Shown here: positions 1-12,990 of the stretch, in pieces | Layout: each line of letters opens with the position of its first letter | Numbering within the stretch: the first letter of the stretch is position 1 | NCBI RefSeq assembly: GCF_006345805.1 | Contig: NC_043009.1 | Span: 6,572,001-6,636,000 of the forward strand | DNA: 64,000 bases | Reading direction: 5' to 3' | Source of the DNA: Octopus sinensis | Lineage: Eukaryota | The notes under the pieces: generated by a model | Told to the model about the DNA's origin: nothing | Database searches by the model: none | Seen by the model: the letters and a program-made list of their open reading frames with translations, nothing else | Translations under genes and position numbers: made by a program

Positions 1-763
1 TTACTTCGCTAATATATGGGTTAACGCTTCCAAGACAATCAACGATATTTGCTAATTGCCACGTTCAATGAAATGCTGCCGTAGAGTAGTATTTTTTCTA
101 GAGACAGTCTTAAAATATGCAAGTGCTTAAGAATTGCGCTTAAAATTGTAGCAGATTTCAGCAAACAGCAATTTCAACATCAACAGCAGCAGGTTCAGGA
201 ATAGCAGTAACAGTTTAGTTATCTAGCTAACTGACCAGCACATATTAACCTGGAAACATTAAAATTACCGATCAAATTGCAGTTGACTGGAAAGACAACT
301 ATGCAACGAAAGAGAAATTATTATTATCATATTACTGATGGGTGTTACACAAAATCTCGATTTAATTTCCACTTCAGCTTTCAATTTGTGCCAATTTTGA
401 TGTAATGCAAACACAGAAAGAATGAAAAACACACAAATATTAAGGGGAAAAAAAAGCGGTACTTGAATTTTAAGCAACGCACTATACTTTTAAAATTTAA
501 TGATTTTTTTTTCTCTCCTGTTCAGAAATATGGATTTTAATTTTATGCCTTAAGCAGCAGGCAATAATGATTTTAATATTTTACAGAGAGGCGAATTTGT
601 TTAATTTTTCCTTTTTTCCATATATTTATTTATTTATTCGTTTATCTATTATTTTATTTGTTTGTTTGAGAAAGAGATTAATGTTAAATCTTAAGCCGAT
701 TACAGAGTAAATGAACGAGAAAAATGAAGGTGTTAATAGGGAAAGACGATTAGATGATGAAAT

Positions 764-771
764 TATATATA

Positions 772-829
<58 letters not shown>

Positions 830-1063
830 AATACAGTTATGTATGCGTGTGTACAATCTTTTTCCTGTCTAATATGTGTATATATATATGCGGATATATA
901 TATATATAATATTTATACATTCTATATATATATATTATATGTATATATTATATAATGTATATGTATATAATATATTTTATATATATATATAATATTTATA
1001 TATGTTACATATATATATATATATGTATATACTATATAATGTATATGTATATAATATATTACG

Positions 1064-1129
<66 letters not shown>

Positions 1130-1140
1130 CATTTATATAT
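764..1140. repeat. (TA)n and degenerate TA/CA microsatellites
   Basis: Long TA runs; the IY-repeat ORFs here are microsatellite translations. Confidence 0.95.
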
Positions 1141-1887
1141 TCACACATATGTCGTATCTAACTTGAACGTTATCCACATATTTGTAACATCAATCTCCAT
1201 CTTTTGACACACTCTCCTTTAGGAGACACTTTCTAAATCATTTGAATTGTGAATTCTCTCTATGACCAGATGACATCCTAAGTTAAGGCATTCATGCCTT
1301 TTTTACTTTTTCTTTCAAACATATCATTGACATACAAATACTGGAATTGTGTTTGCCAGCAATCAATACGAGGCGGTGCATTTGCTTCGCCAAAAGCTTC
1401 ATGACAACTTTCTCCACATTCATCCGATCAAATTGATGCTTTATTTAAGCAGAGCTAACACGGGAATTCGGATTGACAAATGTTCATTCTTTCTCAAGGC
1501 CGCATCAAGAGTAATTAATTCAATCCTAATTCATTCAGGTAGAAATTCTATTAATTATTTTTCATAAATACTTAACGGAATTACACAAAATATGGTCAGA
1601 ATCAATATATAATTTTTTAAGGCGGGGAATAGTATAGAAAAGCAAATATGGTGTATGTAAAGCTTATGTCAACGTAGTGTTGCTAAGTAAATTATTAATT
1701 ATGACACGTCCATCAGATTTTCTTTTTAAATGCTAATTCTTGCTTAACCGATCATTAAAGCTGGTTTTGTCCGTTCGCTTATATAAGATTGTCTGTTGGT
1801 ATATAAGATTAACATATATAATTTAGGGGTGCGGTAATTCAAACATCTTGCTCTTCATATGTTTTATTTTCAATATATGTAACATGT

Positions 1888-2285
1888 AAGGAAGCTAGCT
1901 GGCAGAAACGTTAGGACGCCGAGCGAAGTGCTTAGCGGTATTTCGTCTGCCGTTACGTTCTGAGTTCAAATTCCGCCGAGGCTGACTTTGCCTTTCATCC
2001 TTTCGTGGTCGATTAAATAAGACCAGTTACGCACTGGGGTCGATATAATCGACTTAATCCGTTTGTCTGTCCTTGTTTGTCCTCTCTGTGTTTAGCTCTT
2101 TGTGGGTAGTAAAGAAATAGGTATTTCGTCTATCTCAACGTTCTGCATTAAAATAAAGCCGAGATCGACTTTGCCTTTCATCCTTTCGGGGTCGATATAT
2201 TAAGTACCAGTTGTGCACTGGGGTTGATCTAATCGACTGGTCCCCACCCCAACCATTGTCGGGCATTGTACATAGACTAGAAAAG
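1888..2285 (+). mobile_element. Family A tRNA-derived SINE, composite (monomer plus a second body with a different tail)
   Basis: Head GCTGGCAGAAACGTTAG...GAGTTCAAATTCCGCCGAGG; body GACTTTGCCTTTCATCCTTTCG occurs twice; perfect 16-bp TSD AATATATGTAACATGT at 1872-1887 and 2286-2301. The body resembles the MetaSINE Meta-domain (from recall, not searched). Confidence 0.9.
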
Positions 2286-3054
2286 AATATATGTAACATG
2301 TGACTAACTGAATTACTAATTTATAACATATATATATTTAATCTAAATATTGAAACTGGATTGTAATGTGACTTCTCTCGTAACATGACTATTGCTCTAT
2401 GAAACTTGCATGATAATCAGCCAAAACTTCCAGTTCCAGCCGAGTAGAAATGAAGAAAGCTTCAGGGCAAATTGGATTGTGTGGCTTTTTTCAACAAAAC
2501 CTTCAGTCATAGCAAAATAATTAAAATAAATTAGCTTCGACTCACAATTTAAAAAAAAAAGAACTCCAGAACAAAATTGTGTGAAAATCTTTAAGCCTCT
2601 GCGGCGTTTAAATTAGCGATGTAAAAAATGTTTTTTTTTTTTGCTTTTTGCTTTTTTTTTCTTCTTGCATGGCGACAATCAACATTACGAATAGAGAGGA
2701 AAGGAATCTAGTTGATCGGAACTTATTTATTCAACACCGGAAATAAAATCGAACCCGAGGAGATTTTAGTACATAATACACGACTCGAAGATACATAACT
2801 GAGTATTGTACCGTGTCTAATCTAAGTTAATTGTTTAGTTCTACGTACATCATAGCATTTAGAGTCCTTATAAAATTATATTCAATTACCTGCTCGTGTT
2901 TTCTATATCGTTTGTAATAATATACTAGTAATATTACTAAACATAACTAGCTTCTTACCAAAATACGCTCTTGTAAATTTCTACGAAACAATAAATAGAG
3001 CTGTTGTATATTTAAGACATGAGGAATTATGTACATTATTTACATTATTTACAT

Positions 3055-3189
3055 TTGAAGGATGAAACCATTAAACTATCCACAGTCTGTCTACCCTATG
3101 TCAAAGGCTCCACCGAAAAGATACAAAAGATATGCGGCCCATATGACGTCAGGATTGTATTCAAGATTAATACAACACTTCGCAAATAT
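3055..3189 (+). mobile_element. Penelope-like element fragment (RT thumb/EN linker)
   Basis: Translation [38 protein letters not shown] matches the LPYVKG...F..TL motif typical of PLE ORFs. Confidence 0.7.
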
Positions 3190-3266
3190 ATATATATACA
3201 TATATATATATACATACATATATATGTGTGTGGTTGTGTGTGTGTCTGTTTGCATATGTATGTATA

Positions 3267-3301
<35 letters not shown>

Positions 3302-3402
3302 TATATATATATATACATACATACATATATATATATATATGTATATGTGTATATATGTGTGTGTACATCTACATCTATATCTATATATATATCTATAAAT
3401 AT

Positions 3403-3462
<60 letters not shown>

Positions 3463-3502
3463 CATAAAATATATATATATATGTATATATATGCATATAT
3501 AT
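3190..3502. repeat. Compound TA/TG/CA microsatellite
   Basis: Direct reading. Confidence 0.95.
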
Positions 3503-3685
3503 AGTTGGAATTTACAAAAAACTAAAGACGAAGATAGGTGTGTAAACAACAGACAAGTGTATTAGTTTAACGCTGGGAAGATGAGGATGTCTTTACGTTT
3601 CGGGCCTACTCTCTTCAACAGAGAGGAACACGAGAAAATAAACAAAGAGAGAATAAAATATCTTTAGTGGCTAGCCGTTGGTCAT

Positions 3686-3687
<2 letters not shown>
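3503..3687 (-). mobile_element. Family F ~190-bp repeat (PLE-like 3' end) with degenerate HHR-like motif
   Basis: Homologous to 12789-12990, 34797-34985 and 35286-35473; minus strand reads CTGTTGA-A-GAGAGTAGCCC-GAAACGT-A at ~3590-3624. Confidence 0.65.
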
Positions 3688-3753
<66 letters not shown>

Positions 3754-3754
3754 G

Positions 3755-3791
<37 letters not shown>

Positions 3792-4079
3792 TACTAAAAT
3801 AATGGTGTTGACAATTGATCCACTGCGTATTTCTCATGGCAATGCGAAATTGGAATTAAAAGACGAAATAGATTGATTTAGGCATACAGTACCTGTATGA
3901 GGTTTCAAAACTGGTCAGTTTTCACCCAAGTACATGCTTAGTGGAACACCTTGAGTTATTTTATCTCGAAGGTTCATACTTAGATGCCATTTCACTGTTT
4001 GTCTGTATTTCTTACCCCAGTCTCTCACTTCGCCCTGTCCGCCTGTCTCTCTCTCTCTCTCTCATTTTCTCTCTCCCTT

Positions 4080-4130
<51 letters not shown>
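3688..4130. repeat. (TA)n(TG)n at 3688-3790 and (CT)n(CTAT)n at 4045-4130
   Basis: Direct reading. Confidence 0.9.
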
Positions 4131-5600
4131 GCTTATTGTATGTCATGCTCGGTTTATTCTATCAAAAATACCTACTTTCATTCTTACTTACACAATCAAA
4201 TTGATTATATTACATATCACGAACAGAAATATTACGTGCATAATAAGTACTATGCGTAGACATGATCTAACTTCGTGACATAAATGTATAATTTTCGATT
4301 TGTTCTGATGTACACATCCTTTATGCACGTAACTGATTGATACATGTCACATAGCTGTATTTGCGTCAAACAAAATATCCGGGGCTTTTTTTCTTTCCCT
4401 TTTTTCTTTTCTGAAGACGACAGTGTTCCATTCATGTTAAAACTTCACGAGATTTTGTTATAAGTTAGTCGATATTACAATATTTGATTGTAGGGAAATT
4501 TGAAGGCCTGGAATTATATGTAAACAAGACATCAAATATCCATTTCTGTTGTTTTCAGTTTCAATGTGTTTATTGGGTTACTGCCAAATATTCGCAATTC
4601 ACTTCCTCTTCGCTGTAGTTTATATCTTTATATAAATATATTAAATTTAGAAATATAAATGTATTCCAGTTATGTGCAGCCTTTACAACAGGTGAACGGT
4701 TTACCTATTATCTATCATTCACTGCTAGCAATAACAACGATATATAAACAATACGGATGATATTATTGGATTGATCTAGAAGAATCAGCTGTATCCATGC
4801 CCTTCACTGGGACGCCTAAGAATGGTGGTATCAGAGTCGTTAGTTTTTATCCTGAAGTGTGTACGTCCACAGCAACAGGTAAAAAAAAAAAAACCATGGC
4901 AGAGATGAAATTCCAGAAAGACCATCGCCCTTGCTGAACAGAGGATGTTCAATGGCAATACCTTATAGGAGATGTGAATAATAAATATGAGTTCAAGGTG
5001 CGGAACTGGCGACCAGATTATCTGCGTCCCGGCATTTTTAAGGGCTTAATGATTACGTCGAAAAGATATGAAGGAAAAAGCAATTCTGATGTTATAAGGT
5101 ATGACATAGAATTCATCAGCAATGATTTGTCATTTTATGAGAAATGTATACAATTAATTTATTAGGAACTATGAATAGTTAAGGATCGTGCATAGTTATA
5201 CGTTACTCGTGTTTCACATTCGGTGTTCTTCAGGTCACAAACAGTCATTTGTTAACATTTCCTCCAATTGTCTTGTGGATTGCATAACAGTTTGTCATTA
5301 TTTCTATGCTCGGAAAGCAGTTCCACCATATATGTTCACGCAAGAGAAAATGCCATCGTAATAAACACTTATTATCACTGAATCCCGTCAGCAATTCACC
5401 GCTCTCTTTCTTTATCTGGATTCCAGCGGGATTCCAGCTGTATGTCCAGGTGGTGTAACATGAGAATTGAAAATAGATACCAATGAGATAATAAGGATGA
5501 TAATTCAGTCGACGTGAATGAAATCGTGCATTCACTTACTATTGGATTTCATGCAACCTATTAATGTCACCTTGCTATGATATTCAATTGAAACCGGAAT

Positions 5601-5834
5601 AAGGCGGCGAGCTGGCAGAGACGCTAGCACGCCGGGCGGAATGCGTAGCCATATTTCGTCTGCCGTTACGTTCTGAGTTCAAATTCCGCCGAGGTCGACT
5701 TTGCCTTTCATCCTTTCGGGGTCCATAAACTAAGTACCAGTTACGCACTGGGGTCGATATAATCGACTTAATCCGTTTGTCTGTCCTTGTTTGTCCCCTC
5801 TGTGTTTAGCCCCTTGTGGGTAGTAAAGAAATAC
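5601..5834 (+). mobile_element. Family A SINE, full-length monomer
   Basis: Complete head/body/tail. Flanked by a 25-bp direct repeat ATATTCAATT(G/T)AAACCGGAATAAGG at 5580-5604 and 5835-5859 (1 mismatch; last 4 nt overlap the SINE start). Confidence 0.92.
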
Positions 5835-6299
5835 ATATTCAATTTAAACCGGAATAAGGTGTATATACCACTAATCTTTGAAAACTGAATATATCAGTAA
5901 ATAAGAAGAGTTTACTCCTTTTTAGTTGTTCTATGATATTCCAAGTGTGATGGCTTAGATTATGTACATCCATGTACATTTCCAGTCTCCATAATCCAAC
6001 GCACCATGATTTTAATAATAGATTGGAAAAATGTATTTCAGCATACAAAGATACGGTTATACAATGCATAATTAATCACATATAGATGTGTTTCTGTGTA
6101 TGTGTGTATTATGTTCTTAATCATATTCATGTGTGCTTGTAGGGGGGATACATTTTCTAAATTCTCGAAAACTTGCCAAAAACAAAACCTAAATCGTATT
6201 CGGTTTACGCTCAGGGAAAAAGACAGATGGAAATGTTTTTTTACGCTTTGAGCATACGCTCTTCTATAGAAAGAAAAGAGAAGAGAAATAATCCTTTCT

Positions 6300-6688
6300 T
6301 CTAAAGGTACAAGGCCTGAAATTTTGGGATTACAACGACCCCAGTGTTTCACTGGTTCTAAATTTATCGACGCCGAAAGGATGAAAGGTAAAGTCACCTT
6401 CGGCGGAATTTGAACCCAGGATGAAATACCTATTTCTTTACTACCCACAATACCTATTTCTTTACTACCCACTAGGGGCTAAACACAGAGGGGGCAAACA
6501 AGGACACACAAACGGATTAAGTCAATTATATCGACCCCAGTGCGCAACTGGTACATATTTAATCGATCCCGAACGGATGAAAAGCTAAGTCGACCTCGGC
6601 GGAATTTGAACTTAGAACGTAACGGCAGACGAAATACCGCAAAGCATTTCGCCCGGCGTGCTAACGTTTCTGCCAGCTCGCTGCCTTT
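6300..6688 (-). mobile_element. Family A SINE, composite
   Basis: Reverse complement of the same monomer-plus-second-body layout as 1888-2285. Confidence 0.88.
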
Positions 6689-6959
6689 CTTTACTACCTA
6701 TAATACCGCTAAACATTTTGCCTGGCGTGCAAGAAGAGTAGAGAAATAATGGAAAGGGTTAGGAACAAATGTGCCTCAATTAGACTCTCATCATATGCTG
6801 AAACATATATACTGGTCTAGATGGTGGTGTGTATATCACGTGGCGAAAGGAGTTCAAGCCGTGGAAGGTACTCGCTGAGGTTAGCAGTATTGTAGTAGTT
6901 GGTTTGTAGACATACTGTGAAATGATTCACTCCGTATCTGCTTTGAAAGCCGCACATAA

Positions 6960-7430
6960 TTAGACCATAACACCCTGAACCAAAAACAAGACGTTCAATA
7001 CATTTCCCTCGGGCTACAAGAATCTTGACAATCAGGTAAGGATAGGTAGGCATAAAGCCGCGGATTCCGAGGCTGTGCGCCAAGCCATAGAGACAACTCC
7101 GGCGAGCACCACTCGGAGAGTATCAGGTGAGATTTTCTTCGGCAAGACAATGCATAACCTCATACAACTCGAAAGACCCGGAATAAACTCCAAGTACTTG
7201 AAGGAAACGAACTGGTGTGGCACCCAACAGATAGCCCGACTTAGCTCCTCTGGATTACTATGTGCTCCGATCCATGACTCATTTCCTGCGCTGTCGCTGG
7301 TTCGCCAACAAGATGTGGTGGAAGATTCAGTGAAGGGGTTCTTTGTCTCGAAGGAGAGTAACTGGTATCAGTATAGGATGGAAGAACTGGCAGAAAGGTA
7401 ACGTTAGACGGTGCACCATGATGGCTTCTA
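6960..7430 (+). mobile_element. Internally deleted mariner transposase relic
   Basis: N-terminal part GYKNLDNQVRIGRHKAADSEAVRQAIETTPASTTRRVSGE is joined at ~7120 to the catalytic part LRQDNA*PH...HPTDSP(D)LAPLDYYVLRSMTHFL...FFVSKESNWYQ...DGFYFE; stops and frameshifts present. Confidence 0.85.
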
Positions 7431-7790
7431 TTTTGAATGTTTGGTTATTTTTGTTGTAACTAAACATATGAAACAAATAAGTCAACAAATTATAGCAAAA
7501 CTCTTGACTCATTATATGTAGGGGTAGAATGGAAAAATATTTAAGTAATTTCATTCCTTGGTTTTACAACTACTAAAAATATTTTGAAGGACCCAACTTG
7601 CTAAATCATTAGAATCTATATACAATATGCAGAACCACATTTCGTCACGCACGAAAACATGTAGCAGACTTCAAAATGTATTGCATTATATTAAACGTCA
7701 AGTTACACGAACATGCAACTGCTACACAAATATAGGCCGTCAAGCATAAAAGTAAATGTTTTACATTTGTGCGTGTTACTCTAAGATGAC

Positions 7791-7990
7791 GGCACGTGGC
7801 GTCATGGTTAGGGTGGTAGACACATGATCGTAAGAGAATGGTTTCGATTCCTAGACCGGGCGATGCGTTGTGTTCTGAGGAAAAACATTTTATTTCAGGT
7901 TGCTCTAGGTTACTCACCAGGCAAAAGACGAGTAATCCTGCGATGGACAGGCGTTCTATTCCGGTGGAGAGTATACATACCGCGGAAAAG
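7791..7990 (+). mobile_element. Family C tRNA-like SINE, degenerate
   Basis: A/B-box-like head (TGGCGTCATGG, GGTTTCGATTCC); 3' module GAGTAATCCTGCGATGGAC shared with 54541-54785. Confidence 0.7.
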
Positions 7991-8029
7991 GGTCTCAATG
8001 TGACTCAAGAAGTATCATTATTCTATTCT

Positions 8030-8331
8030 GTGAAGGCACATGGCCTAGTGGTTAGAGCAGCGGACACGCGGTCGAGGGATCGCAGATTCGAATCTCAGAC
8101 CGGGCAATGTGTGTGTTTATGAGCGAAACGCCTAAGCTCCACGCAGCTCCGGTAGGAGGTATTGGTGAACATCTGCTGACTCTTTCGCCATAACTTTCTC
8201 TCACTCTTTCCTACTGCATCTTGCAGCTCACCTGCGACGGACCGGCGTCTCATACAGGTGGGGAACCTATACGCCAACGAAACCGGAAAACCGGCCCTTA
8301 TTAACCAGACATGGCTCGAGAAGGGACAAAC
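8030..8331 (+). mobile_element. Family B tRNA-derived SINE
   Basis: A-box TGGCCTAGTGG, B-box-like GATTCGAATC; 10-bp TSD ATTCTATTCT at 8020-8029 and 8332-8341. Confidence 0.9.
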
Positions 8332-11265
8332 ATTCTATTCTAAGATACGATAGAATTCCTAGTCAATAGTATGTGAGAGTTTTCCGAACACAAGTAGTTA
8401 CACACTGAAACAAGAAAGCATTATTCAAAAGAACTATAAACTCTTCGTAACCTATATATGACTGTTGACCGATCATACACAGTCATTGTAGTACCTTCTT
8501 ATTATGGCCATTCACCTATTAGACAAGCCATTAGTAAACTAATTCTTTCGTCAATATGTCATAAACGTTTTTATTTTGTTTGTGATCTTTATTATTTAAT
8601 GATTTATAGAGGTTTCCATTATTTCTGAAATCATCCAAAGATAAAAGACTTAAGGGAATTGTTTATGAGACAAAACAAAATATTGAAAGTCTGTAATGGT
8701 TTGAGCACAATTCACAGAAAAATAAATCATGTTTGTAGTACTTTTTAATAGATTCCACGTTTTACTTATAGTCATATCGACTACGTACGAGAGCCAGGTA
8801 AAACTTCGTACTTTACCAAGGTTTAACATTTCCTGCAATCGGAGTGTATACTCCTGGAACCACGTAAAAATCTACCAACCACAACGATTTCATTTATATC
8901 TCTCGTTTCACTCTTTTAAACATCAAATGTATTCAGCTGAATTTTAATTGGAAATATCCAATTTAATTCATGATTTAAGTCTCTAAGCGGCATCCTTTAT
9001 TTATAAAAATGCAAGAAAACGAGCGAAGCACTGACGGCAAGAATACAAGCTTAAGACTTATACTTGGAATTTTTCCTCTGCAGTTTGTCGCGGAGGAAAA
9101 CTTCTCGCTTAAGTTTCAATACATTCCATCACTGATTTGTGCATGTTCTTACGTATTTGTTTCGACCTGGTGGTTTTTGCACACAACCAGTGAAATATAT
9201 TTACTGATTTATGATGAATGGAACTTCGCTCTATTGGCATTTGGTGCTCAAGACCTCAAAATATTTCTAAGTGCATCGATCACCAAAACAGAGGATGTAC
9301 AGAGCTTACTGTGGTGTTTTAGCATTTTTTTGTCGTAAGCGAGAATAAATTCTTTCCTCTTCCAGAACAATTAAGCCTTTACCATTCCAAATATCTCCCA
9401 GACATAGTTGAACTGGTCTTAAGCCTATATATACTTATGGGCATACACGCACACACACTTAAATACACAAATAATCCACAAAACATACGAGAGAAATATC
9501 TAAAACTGTCAATAAAACTTTGAAGTGACTTTCACGGAAACTTTTCCTCTTCTGTTTATCATATAAGAAAAATAAAGCTTATTATTTAATTCTGCTTATT
9601 TATTTTACATAAGTTTAATTTCTGGCCATCATTATAATTTTGCTTACGAAATAAAAACACAAACACTACACACAGCGATTACTATTAACATTCCTTCATC
9701 ATACCGAGAGCTAAATCTTACCGCTTTTGTTTTTGTGAATTTCTTGTTCTGCGACATATTCATGTTCTGGCTAATTATGTATTTCGAGATTGTTATCTTT
9801 CGTTCAGTGTCTGAGAAGTTTATTTTCTTTAGAATGTCATGGAGATAAATTACAGTATGCTATATTTGTGTGGATATGTTATTCTGTAAGCCTTAACTGT
9901 GTATATATACATACATGTGTGTGAGGGGGTGCGTGTGTGTGTATGTGTGTGTGTGTGTTTGTGTGTGTACGTGTACGTATGTCGTTTGTATAAGAGCATG
10001 CGCATGTTACCTTCAAAGACTATATACATTTATCCATTCTAAGGCACATAAGCACACGTAGATACACGCACACACATATATACAGAAAAACATACACATC
10101 TCGTATTAAACATGCTTGTTAGAGTGTCTCTTTTAGAGTGGATTTGTTTTAAATAGGTTTAAATATATATATGTAAACACACTTATATAGGTGTGCTTTT
10201 CTGTGCGATTATGTCTGCATGTGTATATGTGTCGATGAATCTATGTATGTATTCATATATGCTTAATTTTATGAGTTCCGTTCAGTTTCTTTCGAACAGT
10301 AATGTTTGAAAATACCATGAGATTTATATCCGAGTAATTGTATAATCACCAAAATACTCTATACAAGGAACATGTCTGATTTCTCTGCTTGTCCAAAGAC
10401 ATGAACTTGGTATTGTACCCTCTCTATTACGGCAGCTTTCATCTATATCACTTCTGCAGCTTTGCTACCAAAATTAAAACTCTGAAACCAGAGCATCTCT
10501 TATTATAAAAGGCAGATTTTATCTGCCTCCCTTTGTCAGTTATAGAAATCTACAATATAGGATTTCTTCAATTACAATTTACCTAGCATTTTTAAGAGTA
10601 GAATGCATCGGGTTTTGCCAGGTCCACTTTTTAAATTTTAAACTCCAATTAAGCAAAATTTACAGAAAACTCACATTCTGGTGTGTATGTCAAATGCTTT
10701 TCTTAGTCTGGTTTACAGCACACGCAAACGCACACACACAGTGTGCAACGAATAAAGTGAAACTAGATGTAATATTTGTTTCTGTCTATCACGCTGATAG
10801 ATACATGAGTAAAATGTATGGCAAGCTAACAGATAAGAGTGAGTGAAAATGTTCTTGGAAGAGAGTAAATAGCGACAGAGTGATTTGAGGAAGACTAAAC
10901 TGAAAGTATGAAACAGTGTTTATGTATAAACAGACGACACTTATATAAACCCTTTCGTTACCAAACCGCCCGAATTTACCTATTCATATTTAAATGAGAA
11001 TATCAGAGTAAATCTCTTTAGTACATTCGTGAAAACACGTATTATACTTCGTAAACACTTCAAATACAGTTTTGTACAAAAATCGAAGTGTAATTTTAAT
11101 TCCGTGAATTATGGGAGATTTTTTTCCGAAATTGTGTTTTCAAAATTTGTAATTCTGACAAAAAATGGATACGAATTTCATTATATCAAGCAGCGAGTCA
11201 GAATTCGAAGGATTTTCTACTGAAGACCTTCATAAATCTAACTCTATGACTGAAAAAAAAAAGCA

Positions 11266-11660
11266 TCTTTATATAAGAGTGACGTTGTGTGTCTGTCTCC
11301 TACGATTTAGATTCGTAACTACTCCCACATTTTGCGGTGCAGTTTAACCAAAAGCGGGTATCTTATAGTCGTGATTCATATCGAGCCCTTCTGGATATTA
11401 GCGCGCGTCTACGATGAGTCTACGATTTAAAAAAAAATTACCATCATATTTTTCCATTTTAATGCATTTTTTTCGCTTTTATATAAGGGAAATAACTCTC
11501 TAAAAATATCTACGATGTGTCAACGATTTAAAAAAAAAATTACCTTAATTTTTTTTCAATTTTTAATGCATTTTTTTGCTATTTTTTGGCTATAACTCTC
11601 TAAAAATGCTTATATAGTTATTTCCCTTACAACCCGAGCAACGCCGGGCGATACTGCTAG
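11266..11660 (+). mobile_element. Non-autonomous Helitron 1
   Basis: A|TC 5' end; subterminal hairpin CCCG-AGCAACGC-CGGG (11633-11648); CTAG|T 3' end; internal ~100-bp tandem repeat. Confidence 0.8.
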
Positions 11661-11972
11661 TCTCTATATAAACGGCAAAATGTTTGTGTGCGTGTCCTTT
11701 ATACAAATCCACATTTTTTCAGTTAGAGGGCTCGCACTTTCTATGGTCATTCAAAACCGTCCAAGGGTGGTCGTGCACATCTTTACATTTCCACAGTCAC
11801 CACATCCAAAACCCAATCAAAATGCCCGAAACTTGATACGCCAATTGAATGTCAGCTAGCTGTATGTGATTGGTCGGAGATTTGGACAGTACTCGCGCGT
11901 ATGTTTGCACGCACACAGCTGTATATGCATGCACAAGCACTATGACCCGGCAACGCCGGGTCATAGTTCTAG
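11661..11972 (+). mobile_element. Non-autonomous Helitron 2
   Basis: 5' TCTCTATATAAACGGCA; 12-bp perfect hairpin ACTATGACCCGG-CAACG-CCGGGTCATAGT (11939-11967); CTAG|T end. Confidence 0.85.
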
Positions 11973-12134
11973 TGATATATAAAATTGTTTTACATTTTGA
12001 GAAATAGATAGATCTAGAGACAGACTGACAAACGCATAAACTGACACAGATAGGTAGAGACAGAGAGAGAGAGAGATTATGAAGTGATAAACTTTTAAGT
12101 CAGTAGAAGTAGAATAACGATTGCTGAAATCTAC

Positions 12135-12182
<48 letters not shown>

Positions 12183-12788
12183 AGAATATATATCTATATA
12201 TATATATATATACATATATATATGTACGACTATATTAAATATTTACGACTATATTAAATGTGTTTGAGAAATGCGTGTTAGAATGATTGCGTATATATGT
12301 ATGCTTGTACCTGTTTGTGAGAGAGTGAGAGATTTTGGTGTATGTGTGAGTGCGTGTACATACAGATGCGTATTAAAAATATACAATTCCGTTAAAAGAT
12401 GCTCACAGTCACACAGTCCCAAATACTGACTGCAGGGTATACAAAAAGTATTGCATATTTACATGAACTGTATTTCCCTTTTGTGCTATGGTAAACAGAA
12501 GACTGAGTAAAGCTAACGATAACTTTTCCACTGATTTCACAATAGCGAAATATCGAAGCTTTAATTTTTTTGCCAATATTTGTCTCTTTCTTTTTCTTTT
12601 TCTTTCAAGAGAAGTTGCTTTTCTAACTAATATCCCCAGTTCCAGGCCTAATTTCTTTCAACCTGCTTTTCTAATCGTTACTTTTACTTAGTCTCGTATT
12701 AGCAGATATTCGACAAGTTCGATGAAAAAAATACATGTCTTCATATAACCGCAACAATATTATTCTGCAGAGTAATTTTGTTTCACGA

Positions 12789-12990
12789 CGCCATGATATA
12801 TCGTTAGCCACTACACACATTTCTTTCTCTCCTTGTTTCTCTCCTTTTTTTGTCTGTGTCCCTTTCTGTAGAAGAACGTAGGCTCGAAACGTATAATACT
12901 TTTTCTATTCCTGAGCGTTATGCTAATACATCTGTTTGTTTTGTACACCACCTGTCTTCGTCTTTTGTTTTTTTTTCGTAAACTCTCCCT
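12789..12990 (+). mobile_element. Family F repeat with degenerate HHR-like motif
   Basis: CTGTAGA-A-GAAC-GTAG-GCTC-GAAACGT-A at 12866-12893; 3' end joins (TA)n. Confidence 0.75.

Noticed and set aside
8030-8110. tRNA-like heads of the SINEs as tRNA genes
   Set aside because: No complete cloverleaf, and they continue into SINE bodies.
10949-11250. piggyBac-like start (AA)CCCTTTCGTTACC
   Set aside because: No TTAA site and no matching right TIR found.
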